This document shows, one piece after another, positions 51,178-61,146 of a stretch of 64,000 nt of DNA. The stretch lies in contig CBDBHR010000024.1 of assembly GCA_965205865.1 (NCBI GenBank), forward strand, positions 32,001 to 96,000, written 5' to 3'. The notes beneath the pieces were generated by a model. That model did not search any database. It saw only the letters and a list, made by a program, of their open reading frames with translations, and was not told where the DNA came from. The DNA comes from a bacterium. GTDB lineage: Bacteria; SAR324; NAC60-12. A program made the translations under genes and the position numbers. Every line of letters begins with the position of its first letter. Position 1 is the first letter of the stretch.

Positions 51178-51493
51178 GAAGTTTTCTCAAGTAGTACAAT
51201 TTGGCGCGGCGCACTTTTCCCACTTTCAATACCTTGATACTTTCAATTCGTGGAGAATGCAACGGAAAAATACGTTCCACTCCAAATCCCTGGGTCATTT
51301 TTCGTACTGTGAACGTTGCTTTGTTGTTTTGATCCCCTCGATGCTTGCGGATTACTACCCCTTCAAAGGCTTGAACCCGTTCTTTTTCACCCTCGATGAT
51401 GCGATAATTGACACGCACCGTACAACCTGGTCGAAACTCAGGAAGGTTTTCACGCAATTGAGACTGTTCAACAATTTTCATCAATGGATTCAT
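51125..51493 (-). CDS. rplS: 50S ribosomal protein L19
   Basis: [27 protein letters not shown]. Confidence 0.97.
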   Translation of the reverse strand: MNPLMKIVEQSQLRENLPEFRPGCTVRVNYRIIEGEKERVQAFEGVVIRKHRGDQNNKATFTVRKMTQGFGVERIFPLHSPRIESIKVLKVGKVRRAKLYYLRKLRGKAARIAEKITHRPKS

Positions 51494-51517
51494 AAGACGG
51501 TTCTCCTAATAAAGGGT

Positions 51518-52210
51518 TTATATATCATTCAATAAATCCGGCCTTTGTTTCCTGGTACGCATGTAGGCTTGTTCTTTACGCCAGTTTTCAATTTGCTGGT
51601 GGTTACCAGAGACCAGGATTTCCGGCACTCGTTCTTCGTCAAAGACACTGGGGCGAGTATATTGGGGGTATTCCAATAATCCATGGGCAAATGATTCCTC
51701 TTCAGAAGACTCGCAATTGCCTAATACATCCGGAACTAAGCGACTGATCACCTCGATCATCAACATGGCAATTACTTCTCCTCCCAGGCAGATAAAATCT
51801 CCTCCGGAAATTTCCTCATCGACATAGTGCCGAATGCGCTCATCAAATCCTTCATACCGACCGCAGACCAACAATAACACCTGATCCATCGTGCTCAACG
51901 TGCGGGCTTTTTCCTGATCAAAAGGCGTACCCTGGGGGGTGAGTAGGATTTTATAAGTACGGAGCTGTTGCTTTTTATAATAAGAGTCTCGGGCTGCCAG
52001 TGCCTGATAAATTGGTTCCACACGAAGCAACATACCCGCCCCTCCTCCATAGGGAGCGTCATCCACTTTCTGATGCTTGCCTAAACCGTGCTGGCGATAA
52101 TTGTACAAATCGACCCGGATGCGCCCTGTTTGAACTGCTCGGTTGATCAAGCTTTCCCTCAGAAATGAAGAAAATATTTCTGGAAACAGCGTCAAAACCC
52201 CAAACCGCAT
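51518..52210 (-). CDS. trmD: tRNA (guanine37-N1)-methyltransferase
   Basis: TLFPE, VDDAPYGGGAGM, CGRYEG.DER, PQYTRP. Confidence 0.97.
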   Translation of the reverse strand: MRFGVLTLFPEIFSSFLRESLINRAVQTGRIRVDLYNYRQHGLGKHQKVDDAPYGGGAGMLLRVEPIYQALAARDSYYKKQQLRTYKILLTPQGTPFDQEKARTLSTMDQVLLLVCGRYEGFDERIRHYVDEEISGGDFICLGGEVIAMLMIEVISRLVPDVLGNCESSEEESFAHGLLEYPQYTRPSVFDEERVPEILVSGNHQQIENWRKEQAYMRTRKQRPDLLNDI

Positions 52211-52222
52211 GACCAGTTCCTC

Positions 52223-52777
52223 TCAATCTATCAGACCCGGGATCGGATCAATTTGGATGAGTTTGCCAACAAGGTCCACTCTTTTAACAATATGGGGAAC
52301 AGCAGGAACCAAAAACTCCCGGGGTTCCCTGGCAACACAATAAACGTCGTTGGCCCCCGTTTGCAAAACACGGGACACTTCCCCTAAACTAGCGCCAGCC
52401 AAATCGACAACTCGGCATCCGATCAAATCATGAACAAAATATTCACCTGCATCTAAAGGTCGCAACTGAGAATCTTCCAGAAAAACCCGGTGTTTGCAAA
52501 ACAACTCTGCCTGATTGCGCTCGCCAATTTGGGCGAATCTGACAATCCAGTGATTTTTATGGAAGCGGATTTGTTCCACTTGGCAGGGCAGCAGCTTTTC
52601 TGCGTCTTCCATGAATAAGCGTTCGACCTCCAGGTAATATTGCGGAGTGTCGGTGTGCGGCTGAATTTTAAGTTCCCCTTGGATTCCGTGTACATTGACA
52701 ATCGTACCAATCCAAGTAAAGCCCTCATAATCCGGAGCATTTTGCGCTTTATGCCTCGGACGCTTCGGTTTGCGCAC
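52223..52777 (-). CDS. rimM: Ribosome maturation factor RimM
   Basis: HGIQGE, DLIG, TGANDV; conserved gene order. Confidence 0.93.
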   Translation of the reverse strand: MRKPKRPRHKAQNAPDYEGFTWIGTIVNVHGIQGELKIQPHTDTPQYYLEVERLFMEDAEKLLPCQVEQIRFHKNHWIVRFAQIGERNQAELFCKHRVFLEDSQLRPLDAGEYFVHDLIGCRVVDLAGASLGEVSRVLQTGANDVYCVAREPREFLVPAVPHIVKRVDLVGKLIQIDPIPGLID

Positions 52778-53009
52778 CTTCTACTTCTTTCATGAGTTTT
52801 TGAATACGCTCGGTTGGCTGCGCACCAACGGAAATCCAGTACTTGACCCGCTCCAGATCCATTGTCACCTTTTTCTCTTTAGTTAAGGGAGCATAAGATC
52901 CGATTCTCTCAATACGTCGTCCGTCGCGTTTGGCACGGGCGTCTGCAACAACAATGTGATAATAAGGTTTCTTTTTTGCTCCCTTTCGAGCCAAACGAAT
53001 TTTTACCAC
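52749..53009 (-). CDS. rpsP: 30S ribosomal protein S16
   Basis: VKIRLAR.GAKKKP, RDGR.IE, GAQPT. Confidence 0.96.
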   Translation of the reverse strand: MVKIRLARKGAKKKPYYHIVVADARAKRDGRRIERIGSYAPLTKEKKVTMDLERVKYWISVGAQPTERIQKLMKEVEGAQTEASEA

Positions 53010-53037
53010 GGTATTCTCTTTCAATTAGGGTTTAAAA

Positions 53038-54378
53038 TTAACGAGGCATCAAATTTTGCATCATTTGCATTGCTTTACGGGGATTGTTTGTTTTGGACAA
53101 TTTATTCATCATTTTTCGCATTTGGGCAAATTGTTTGAGCAGCCGGTTCACCTCTCGCACATGGGCGCCGCTTCCCTTAGCAATTCTGGAACGGCGAGCG
53201 CCATTGATGATGTTATGGTTTTTACGCTCCTCTCGGGTCATGGAAGAGAGGATCGCGTCAGTACGGACCAACTGTTTTTCATCCAGATTGGCGTTTTTCA
53301 TCATCGAGCTATCCATCCCGGGCAACAAGCCCATTAAATCTTTGAGCGAACCCATCTGCTGCATCGCTTGCAACTGAGCCCGAAAATCTTCCAAGGTGAA
53401 TTCATTTTTTCTGATTTTGTTTTGCAGTGTCAAGGCCTCTCGTTCGCTGTATGTCGACTGGGCCTTTTCGATAAGGGAAACCATATCTCCCATTCCCAGA
53501 ATCCGCGAGGCAATTCGATCGGGGTGAAAAGGCTCCAAATTTTCTAAATTCTCACCGATTGTGATGAATTTGATTGGTTTTTGAGTGATCGCACGAATCG
53601 AAAGAGCCGCTCCACCGCGGGCATCGCCATCCATTTTAGTCAAAATGATGCCACTCACCGAAAGTCGGTCGTTGAAGGCTTTGGCCATGTTCACCGCATC
53701 TTGTCCCGTCATGGCATCTGCGACAAAAAATATTTCATGAGGAGCAATCGCCGCTTTCAAACGATCGAGTTCTTCCATCAAATCCTCGTCTATGTGTAAC
53801 CGTCCTGCCGTATCGATCAAAACATAGTCCGACCCGTGATTTTTTGCATCTGCAAGCCCGGCTCGGGCAATCTCTACCGGATCTTGTCGCGTAGTGGCAG
53901 GGTAATAAGGAAGTTCCAGTTTATCGGCCAAAACAATCAACTGCTCGATGGCAGCGGGGCGGTAAATATCTGCCGGAATCAGATAGGGATGATGTCCGTT
54001 GGCGTGACAGAATTTTGCCAGTTTTCCAATCGTCGAGGTTTTCCCGGAGCCCTGAAGCCCTATCAACATGATGATCGTAGGAGCCTCTTCAGCACTGGCC
54101 AATGAAACATTCCGCTCTCCCATCAGTATTGCCAATTCATCATTGACGATCTTTATGAATTGCTGCCCCGGGGTCAAACTGCCCTGGACCTCCTCACCAA
54201 CTGCGCGGGCCTGTACTGATTTCAAAAAAGCTTTAACCACCCTGAAATTGACGTCGGCCTCCAAGAGCGCCATTTTGACTTCGTTCAACGCAACCTGAAT
54301 GTTGCCGTCATTCAGCCGACCACGACCTTGTAGTTTGCGGAATGTCCCAGTTAATTTTTGTGATAGATTTTCAAACAT
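53038..54378 (-). CDS. ffh: Signal recognition particle protein
   Basis: GLQGSGKT, DTAGR, TKMDGDARGG, M domain. Confidence 0.98.
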   Translation of the reverse strand: MFENLSQKLTGTFRKLQGRGRLNDGNIQVALNEVKMALLEADVNFRVVKAFLKSVQARAVGEEVQGSLTPGQQFIKIVNDELAILMGERNVSLASAEEAPTIIMLIGLQGSGKTSTIGKLAKFCHANGHHPYLIPADIYRPAAIEQLIVLADKLELPYYPATTRQDPVEIARAGLADAKNHGSDYVLIDTAGRLHIDEDLMEELDRLKAAIAPHEIFFVADAMTGQDAVNMAKAFNDRLSVSGIILTKMDGDARGGAALSIRAITQKPIKFITIGENLENLEPFHPDRIASRILGMGDMVSLIEKAQSTYSEREALTLQNKIRKNEFTLEDFRAQLQAMQQMGSLKDLMGLLPGMDSSMMKNANLDEKQLVRTDAILSSMTREERKNHNIINGARRSRIAKGSGAHVREVNRLLKQFAQMRKMMNKLSKTNNPRKAMQMMQNLMPR

Positions 54379-54504
54379 TGTTGTTTTGACAGAGGATGAG
54401 TTGCAAAATCCAGTATCCTGGTTGACTTTGCAATAACTGTCAAGTTGTTTTTGTGAATCGGGCAGGCAATTGCTGCTGAAGCGAATGCGGACTGGAGAAG
54501 AGGG

Positions 54505-54954
54505 TTAACTGTCGGTGTTTGGTTTAATGACCAGGTTCAACCCCACATTCATTTCCTTAAGTCGGGCAATGACAGGAATGAGCGCGCTGTATTTGGCATT
54601 TTCGTCAGCTTCCACATCGACAAATACCGGACCATTTTTAGTGGCAGTCCACTCAAGGACAGTCTGTTGAAATTTGTCCCAATTTTGTCCGGAAAGCCCC
54701 TGGCCAATTTTTTCATCATTGGCATAAATCACACCACTGCGATCTATCAAGACCCTCATAGTCTTTTCCAAAGGAGCTCCGTCTTGTTGATAAGAATCTT
54801 GGGGCAAATCGATCTGAATCATCTGATTGATGATCGGAGCCGTGATCATAAAGATGACCAACAATACAAGGAGCACATCAACAAAGGGAGTGACATTGAT
54901 ATCACTCATTGCTTCATCTTCACCTCGAAATCCTGAAATCATGATACTACCCAT
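54505..54954 (-). CDS. tolR: TolR/ExbD family protein
   Basis: DINVTPFVDVLLVLLVIFM.TAP. Confidence 0.85.
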   Translation of the reverse strand: MGSIMISGFRGEDEAMSDINVTPFVDVLLVLLVIFMITAPIINQMIQIDLPQDSYQQDGAPLEKTMRVLIDRSGVIYANDEKIGQGLSGQNWDKFQQTVLEWTATKNGPVFVDVEADENAKYSALIPVIARLKEMNVGLNLVIKPNTDS

Positions 54955-55652
54955 TCCATACGGTTACCCAATTCCAAAGAAAAATTTTGCATTAAATCGC
55001 TGGCCTGCCGCGATGAATGCCGGTAATAATTGTAAGCCATCAACGCGGGAATTGCCGCCAAGAGTCCGGCAGCAGTCGCCACCAAGGCTTCTGAAATTCC
55101 GGGAGCTACTACTGCGAGGCTGGTGACCCCGCTGACCCCGATACCCTGAAAGGCGTCGATGATACCTAAAACAGTTCCAAACAACCCGATAAAAGGTGCT
55201 GCACTGGAGATGCTTGCCAAAGGAGAAAGTCTTTGATTGAGCAGGGAATACTGCTGATTGATATTGAGATCAGAAATGCGAGTGAGCCGTTGATTTAAAC
55301 GGTCTAGAATCTCCTTGGAAGAACGGTATTTGGTCCGCTGATTCTTCACTTTTTCCCGAAAATTCACAATTTCCTGATACGAGGATTCAAAAATACGAGC
55401 TAAGGGAGAGAATCGAAATTGCAGTGCTGAATTGTTAATTTGTTCCAATTTGGATTCTTTGTGGAAAACCTCTAAAAATTTGTCATTTTCACTAGCAATT
55501 CGGCGAAATTGAAACCATTTGAGGAAAATGATAGCCCATGAAATTGAAGACATGAGCAGGAGAACGACCAGCACTAGGTGCGTGATCCAACTTCCCTGGA
55601 GGATCAAGCCAAATATTCCTTTTTCATCAAATAAGCCGACAATCGATTGCAT
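54939..55652 (-). CDS. tolQ: TolQ/ExbB family protein
   Basis: APFIGLFGTV.GI, VAPGISEALVATAAGL. Confidence 0.88.
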   Translation of the reverse strand: MQSIVGLFDEKGIFGLILQGSWITHLVLVVLLLMSSISWAIIFLKWFQFRRIASENDKFLEVFHKESKLEQINNSALQFRFSPLARIFESSYQEIVNFREKVKNQRTKYRSSKEILDRLNQRLTRISDLNINQQYSLLNQRLSPLASISSAAPFIGLFGTVLGIIDAFQGIGVSGVTSLAVVAPGISEALVATAAGLLAAIPALMAYNYYRHSSRQASDLMQNFSLELGNRMEWVVS

Positions 55653-55736
55653 GCTTGTTCAAAGATGATGTTCTGTGATGGAAAAGACTTCGCCACGCGT
55701 AAATGCATTGACAAAATATCCATGGTTCATGCAGGA

Positions 55737-58643
55737 TCAGAAGCGCGTAAAGACTACACGTCTATTTTTTCCATGACAATTTTCCTGAATGCAATCAGGC
55801 CGCTCCATTCGCTCTTCCCCAAAACTTATGATTGAAAATTGCTCGAAATCGGAACCCAAGGCAATTAAATAGTCCAATACCGAGTTGCCACGACGTTCTC
55901 CCAAAGCCAGATTGTATTCATTGGTTCCCCGATTGTCTGCGTGACCTTCCAACTGAATCTTGATATGCGGATTTTCTTGGATCCATTCGAAATTCGCTTT
56001 GATATCCTCTATGAATTGGGATTGGATTCTACTTTTATCGAATTCGAAATAAATGATGCGCAATTCGGGAATGGATTCTGAAGTAGATTCCGGTGGAGCT
56101 TCCACTAAAGGTTTGGCAAGCGCCGTTGGTTGCTGCTGTTCAACCATTGCTATTGCTTCTTCAGTGACTTGGACGACCTCTTCCGCATCCGCCTCCTGTG
56201 TTGATAAAGCCAAGGCATCCTCTCCAGCAACTCCTGCTTCTGATTCGCCCGGACCCATCTCAGAAGAAGCCACAGCATCTTCGCCGGAAATTCCTGCTTC
56301 TGATTCACTCGCTTCCATCTCGGAAGAAGCCACGGCATCTTCGCCGGAAATTCCTGCTTCTGATTCACTCGCTTCCATCTCGGAAGAAGCCACGGCATCT
56401 TCGCCGGAAATTCCTGCTTCTGATTCACCTGCTCCCATCTCAGAAGAAGCCACGGCATCTTCGCCAGCGCTGACACCCAATGCTGATTCGCTTAGACTTT
56501 CTTCAATCGAAGCTAGTTCTTCCTCACCAATGGCAATACCCGGTTTGGAGTCTTCGAGTTCCGTCTCTGTCGAAGCGAGGGCCTCCTCTCCTATGGCTAC
56601 TTCGGGCGTGGTGTCCGTTGAACCCACTTCGGTTGAAGCCAGTGCCTCCTCTCCTACGGCTACTCCGGGCGTGTCGTCCGTTGAAGCCACCTCGGTTGAA
56701 GCCAGTGCCTCCTCTCCTACGGCTACTCCGGGCGTGTCGTCCGTTGAAGCCACCTCGGTTGAAGCCAGTGTTTCCTCTCCTACGGCTACTCCGGGCGTGT
56801 CGTCCGTTGAAGCCACCTCGGTTGAAGCCAGTGTTTCCTCTCCTACGGCTACTCCGGGCGTGTCGTCCGTTGAAGCCACCTCGGTTGAAGCCAGTGTTTC
56901 CTCTCCTACGGCTACTCCGGGCGTGTCGTCCGTTGAAGCCACCTCGGTTGAAGCCAGTGTTTCCTCTCCTACGGCTACTCCAGGCGTGTCGTCTGTTGAA
57001 GCCACCTCGGTTGAAGCCAGTGTTTCCTCTCCTACGGCTACTCCGGGCGTGTCGTCCGTTGAAGCCACCTCGGTTGAAGCCAGTGTTTCCTCTCCTACGG
57101 CTACTCCGGGCGTGTCGTCCGTTGAAGCCACCTCGGTTGAAGCCAGTGTTTCCTCTCCTACGGCTACTCCAGGTGTGTCGTCCGTTGAAGCCACCTCGGT
57201 TGAAGCCAGTGTTTCCTCTCCTACGGCTACTCCGGGCGTGTCGTCCGTTGAAGCCAGTGTTTCCTTTCCTACGGCTACTCCGGGCGTGTCGTCCGTTGAA
57301 GCCACCTCGGTTGAAGCCAGTGTTTCCTTTCCTACGGCTACTCCGGGCGTGTCGTCCGTTGAAGCCACCTCGGTTGAAGCCAGTGTTTCCTTTCCTACGG
57401 CTACTCCGGGCGTGTCGTCCGTTGAAGCCACCTCGGTTGAAGCCAGTGTTTCCTCTCCTACGGCTACTCCGGGTGTGTCGTCCGTTGAAGCCACCTCGGT
57501 TGAAGCCAGTGTTTCCTCTTCTACAGCTTTTTCAGTCGAAGCCAAATCTTCAATACCGGTAAAGTCCATTGAGGGCTTCTTCGCACCCATTTCAGTGGTT
57601 GCCGGAGCATCTTCTCCAGAAGCAACACCAGGCATGGACTCTGACGACTCTATCTCAGTCGAAGCCATTGTATCCTTACCAACATCAATACCTGTCGCTG
57701 GGTCGGTTGGCTCCATCTCAGCCGAAGCCAGAGCATCTTCACCAACTGCTACGCCGGGTGTGGATTCGGTTGATTCCATCTCAGTGCTCCCCAGAGCATC
57801 CTCAGTAATGGCAACATCCGGTATCGTCTCCATTGTTTCCATCTCAGTGGAAGCTACGCCCTCTTCAGCGGCACCCGGTAAGGAATCTTTTAATCCTTTT
57901 TCTGTGGATACCAGAGCATTCTCACCAGCGGCAATACCCGACCCGGTATCTACGGTTATCCTTTCGGTTGAAGGCATAGAATCTTTTTCAGCAGTTTCCA
58001 CCGCGGAGTCTGCGGGTCCCGTCTCCGCAGAAGCCAAAGTATCCTCGTCAACAACCGGCAACGAATCTTCCCCCCCAATCTCAATCGATGCCAGTGAATC
58101 CTCGGCAACTGCAGCATCGGGAGCAGATTCCATTGCACCCACCTCAGTGGAAGCCAGAACGTTCTCATCAGCTCCGCCCGGCGCAGTGTCCATTGTATCC
58201 ACTTCAGTAGAAGCCAGAGTGTCGTCACCTACGGTAACTCCAGTGGCGGAGTCCATTGCTCCCACTTCAGTGGAAACCATAGTATCCTCTTCAGCAGCCC
58301 CTGGGACGGAGTCTTTTTTTGCCAACTCAGTGGCAGTCAAAGCATCCTCATCCGGAGTAGCGCCGGATTCAGTTGCGGCTGAGGTTGCCGAAGGTTCTTT
58401 GGCAGCCAGATCTGCTTCGCTCGAATCCATGGTTTCGCCGGCAACGCTTCCTTCTACCTTTGCCAATGAGGAGCTATCCGCAATATCTTGTTCCTTGCTC
58501 GTCATTTCAGTTGCCTCAGGCTGTATATGCTCTACGATTTCAGCTTCTTGCTCTGTTTTTGGAGAAATCAATTCCGTGATTGTGTCACATCCAATCATTG
58601 TCAGTGAGAGTCCCAACACACAAATTGAAAGTTTGATTTTCAT
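55737..58643 (-). CDS. Pal/OmpA-C-terminal-domain lipoprotein with ~800-aa acidic repeat linker
   Basis: Lipobox MIGC; C-terminal YFEFDKS...EGHADNRGTNEYNLALGERR...SFGEER...NRRV. Confidence 0.88.
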   Translation of the reverse strand: MKIKLSICVLGLSLTMIGCDTITELISPKTEQEAEIVEHIQPEATEMTSKEQDIADSSSLAKVEGSVAGETMDSSEADLAAKEPSATSAATESGATPDEDALTATELAKKDSVPGAAEEDTMVSTEVGAMDSATGVTVGDDTLASTEVDTMDTAPGGADENVLASTEVGAMESAPDAAVAEDSLASIEIGGEDSLPVVDEDTLASAETGPADSAVETAEKDSMPSTERITVDTGSGIAAGENALVSTEKGLKDSLPGAAEEGVASTEMETMETIPDVAITEDALGSTEMESTESTPGVAVGEDALASAEMEPTDPATGIDVGKDTMASTEIESSESMPGVASGEDAPATTEMGAKKPSMDFTGIEDLASTEKAVEEETLASTEVASTDDTPGVAVGEETLASTEVASTDDTPGVAVGKETLASTEVASTDDTPGVAVGKETLASTEVASTDDTPGVAVGKETLASTDDTPGVAVGEETLASTEVASTDDTPGVAVGEETLASTEVASTDDTPGVAVGEETLASTEVASTDDTPGVAVGEETLASTEVASTDDTPGVAVGEETLASTEVASTDDTPGVAVGEETLASTEVASTDDTPGVAVGEETLASTEVASTDDTPGVAVGEETLASTEVASTDDTPGVAVGEEALASTEVASTDDTPGVAVGEEALASTEVGSTDTTPEVAIGEEALASTETELEDSKPGIAIGEEELASIEESLSESALGVSAGEDAVASSEMGAGESEAGISGEDAVASSEMEASESEAGISGEDAVASSEMEASESEAGISGEDAVASSEMGPGESEAGVAGEDALALSTQEADAEEVVQVTEEAIAMVEQQQPTALAKPLVEAPPESTSESIPELRIIYFEFDKSRIQSQFIEDIKANFEWIQENPHIKIQLEGHADNRGTNEYNLALGERRGNSVLDYLIALGSDFEQFSIISFGEERMERPDCIQENCHGKNRRVVFTRF
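56225..56465 (-). repeat. Coding tandem repeat, 60-nt unit x4 (GEDAVASSEMEASESEAGIS)
   Basis: Identical text recurring at 56281, 56341, 56401. Confidence 0.92.
56590..57521 (-). repeat. Coding tandem repeat, 63-nt unit x15 (EETLASTEVASTDDTPGVAVG); one unit is 48 nt
   Basis: GCCAGTG recurs every 63 nt from 56638 to 57205, then 57253, then every 63 nt to 57505. Confidence 0.95.
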
Positions 58644-58816
58644 ATCGCACCTCATTATTGATAATTTGTAATTCCCGTCTTTTTTTTCAGACGATTCTTT
58701 AACTACTATAAAAATTCCAAGGAGGGTAATAACAGATCCATGTTCAGACTATTCCTCCAGCGTAACAATAAGGTCATTCCCTACTTTTTTCATACAAAAT
58801 AAACTTTATTTATCGC

Positions 58817-60412
58817 ATGTCAAAAACAAAAACTGAAGATAAATCTTCTGAATTCGTCAAAAACAAAATCAAAAAGCCTTGGATGCCTCTCTGTATAATG
58901 ATTGCAACAGCCATCCTCTTAATAATTTGGATCGGGATTCGCTATACGGTCTCCCTTTCCCATCTCCATCTGGAATGGCTGGTGGTCGCCTCAGCAGGCT
59001 TAGCCAGCTGGTGCTGGTACCGTCATTTGAGATTTATTGCAGCTACTCTTCTCATAGGGGGAGCGTTTTTGGCTCATCAGTTGTTCATTACACTCCCACT
59101 CTGGCAACAAAAACTCGAAAATGCCAAGTCTGCTTCTCCCACTGTATGGGTCCGTGGACAAATTGTACAGGCCATCGAGGACGGAAAGGATGTCCGCGTC
59201 CATTTGGCTCCTGGAGAATTATTCTTTCAAGAGAAACATCAAGAGTTTTTTGAGATCTCGGTGCTGCTGTTATCGAAGAGCCGATCCATCAAATCCTTTT
59301 ACCATCGTCGTCCTATTCAATTCAGCGGTATTATTGCGAGAACCGACCTGCAAAACCAACGACTTACTGTTTCGTTGAAGCAAGTTCTTTACCATACGAG
59401 CTTTTTTCCTCCTCATTCGTGGTTTTATTTTGGACAAATCGTACACCAGCACCTGAGAAACCGGGCAGCTTTTTACCTGCCACCAGAAATTTTTTCCCTC
59501 TATTCTCCTTTGATTTTGGCAAAATTGGTTTCTCGTTCTGAATCCCATCAATTGTTCAGAGCTACAGGTTTGGCTCATCTTCTGGCCATCAGCGGGCTTC
59601 ATATCGGTTTATTATATTGGTTGGGGCTGACGTTTTTCAGACAAGTTGGCCGTTTTTCCCCGCGGATTTTGCTATCGATTCATTTTTTAGATTTTTGCCA
59701 ATTTCTGACCTTGGCAGGGTTATGGTTATATGTGGCATTGATAGCATTTCCTGTCCCCGCTCTGCGGGCGTTGGTCATGCTTACCATATTGGTCGTGATT
59801 CGCTGGCTGGGACAGTTGCAAGCCCCTTTGTATGCTCTTCTGAGCACAGCTTTTTTGTTCATATGTTGGCAATCCGCGATCATATACGACCTTTCCTTTC
59901 AGCTTTCATTTGTCGCCGTTCTTTATATAATTTTGATTTTACCTTTTTTAAGGAATACTTCAAGAGAGGTCTCCTACTGGCAGTTAGTGGGCATATACAT
60001 ATGGAATAGCGTTTGGGTCACTGCATCCGTTCTCGTTGGTATTTGGCCGATTCTAGTAACTCGTTTTCATCAGCTCTCTCTGGAAGTGTTTTGGTTGAAT
60101 ATCATCATGGTGCCCATGTTGGCATTTCTAATATTGCCGGTTTGTTTTACGGCTTTTTTCATCAGCCTCCTCCATTGGCAGGCATTGCCTTTCGGTTTCT
60201 GGGAAAAAGCTGCCTTTCAAGGAGTGGAGTGGGTTTTAAGATTATGGCTGGAAACTTTAAGCAGTGTTCATGACTGGGGAGGATGGGCAACTATTCACAT
60301 GGATTTGCATTGGAGTGGCTGGCAGTACGGATTATATTATCTCAGCACGATATTGCTGTATAGGGTGCTGCTATGGTTTGCGCGCTTGCGGTCAAAAGAA
60401 GGGACCCTATGA
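58817..60412 (+). CDS. comEC: ComEC/Rec2 family competence protein (no C-terminal metallo-beta-lactamase domain apparent)
   Basis: TGLAHLLAISGLHIG, RALVM, SFQLSF. Confidence 0.85.
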   Translation: MSKTKTEDKSSEFVKNKIKKPWMPLCIMIATAILLIIWIGIRYTVSLSHLHLEWLVVASAGLASWCWYRHLRFIAATLLIGGAFLAHQLFITLPLWQQKLENAKSASPTVWVRGQIVQAIEDGKDVRVHLAPGELFFQEKHQEFFEISVLLLSKSRSIKSFYHRRPIQFSGIIARTDLQNQRLTVSLKQVLYHTSFFPPHSWFYFGQIVHQHLRNRAAFYLPPEIFSLYSPLILAKLVSRSESHQLFRATGLAHLLAISGLHIGLLYWLGLTFFRQVGRFSPRILLSIHFLDFCQFLTLAGLWLYVALIAFPVPALRALVMLTILVVIRWLGQLQAPLYALLSTAFLFICWQSAIIYDLSFQLSFVAVLYIILILPFLRNTSREVSYWQLVGIYIWNSVWVTASVLVGIWPILVTRFHQLSLEVFWLNIIMVPMLAFLILPVCFTAFFISLLHWQALPFGFWEKAAFQGVEWVLRLWLETLSSVHDWGGWATIHMDLHWSGWQYGLYYLSTILLYRVLLWFARLRSKEGTL

Positions 60413-60436
60413 ATTTGAACATCAGAAAAGAGAAGC

Positions 60437-61039
60437 ATGTATCGACTGTATGAGATGCCGGATTCGAGCAACTGTTACAAAGTTAGATTGACGCTGACTC
60501 AATTGGCTGAAGAATTTGAAAGAATTCATGTCGATATTCTCAATAAAGAATCCCGAACGCCGGATTTTCTGAAGAAAAATCCAAATGGCCGGATTCCGGT
60601 GCTGGAGTTACGGCAAGGGGTCTATCTGCCGGAGTCGAATGCTATTTTATGGTACCTGGCAGAAGGGACGGAACTGATGCCCAAAGATCAACTGGAACAG
60701 GTGAGGGCGCTACAATGGATGTTCTTTGAACAGTATAGCCATGAGCCGCATATTGCCACATCTCGTTTTTGGATCACAATCCTGCAGGCCGAGGCCGAAT
60801 TTCAAGAGGAACTGAAAAAAAGAAAGCCAGAGGGATACGCTGCATTGAATGTGATGGAATCTCATTTGTCCATTCATGACTTTTTTGTGGCAGGCCGCTA
60901 TTCTATCGCCGATATCGCTCTATATGCTTACACTCACGTGGCCCACGAAGGGGGATTTGATTTGAAGAGGTATCCTCGTATTAGAGATTGGTTACAACGA
61001 ATACAGGTCCAGCCACGCTATATTGCCATCGACGCGTGA
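60437..61039 (+). CDS. Glutathione S-transferase
   Basis: SNCYKV, NPNGRIPVL, ESNAIL, SIADIAL. Confidence 0.93.
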   Translation: MYRLYEMPDSSNCYKVRLTLTQLAEEFERIHVDILNKESRTPDFLKKNPNGRIPVLELRQGVYLPESNAILWYLAEGTELMPKDQLEQVRALQWMFFEQYSHEPHIATSRFWITILQAEAEFQEELKKRKPEGYAALNVMESHLSIHDFFVAGRYSIADIALYAYTHVAHEGGFDLKRYPRIRDWLQRIQVQPRYIAIDA

Positions 61040-61146
61040 AAATAAGGGCAGCACCAAAAGGCCAAAGAAATCTGAAAAGGCGTAAAACAACCTTTGTTTA
61101 AAACTTGACAAATATTCATTTATGATAGTGCCTCGAGAAAGAAATT

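Noticed and set aside
56590-57521. Possible CRISPR array (63-nt period)
   Set aside because: Whole units are near-identical with no unique spacers, stay in frame within a CDS, and no cas genes are present
56053-58671. 872-aa plus-strand Ser/Ala/Thr-rich ORF and 360-aa Pro/Leu/Arg ORF
   Set aside because: Antisense shadows of the repetitive Pal-like gene; only the minus frame has a lipobox and a recognisable domain
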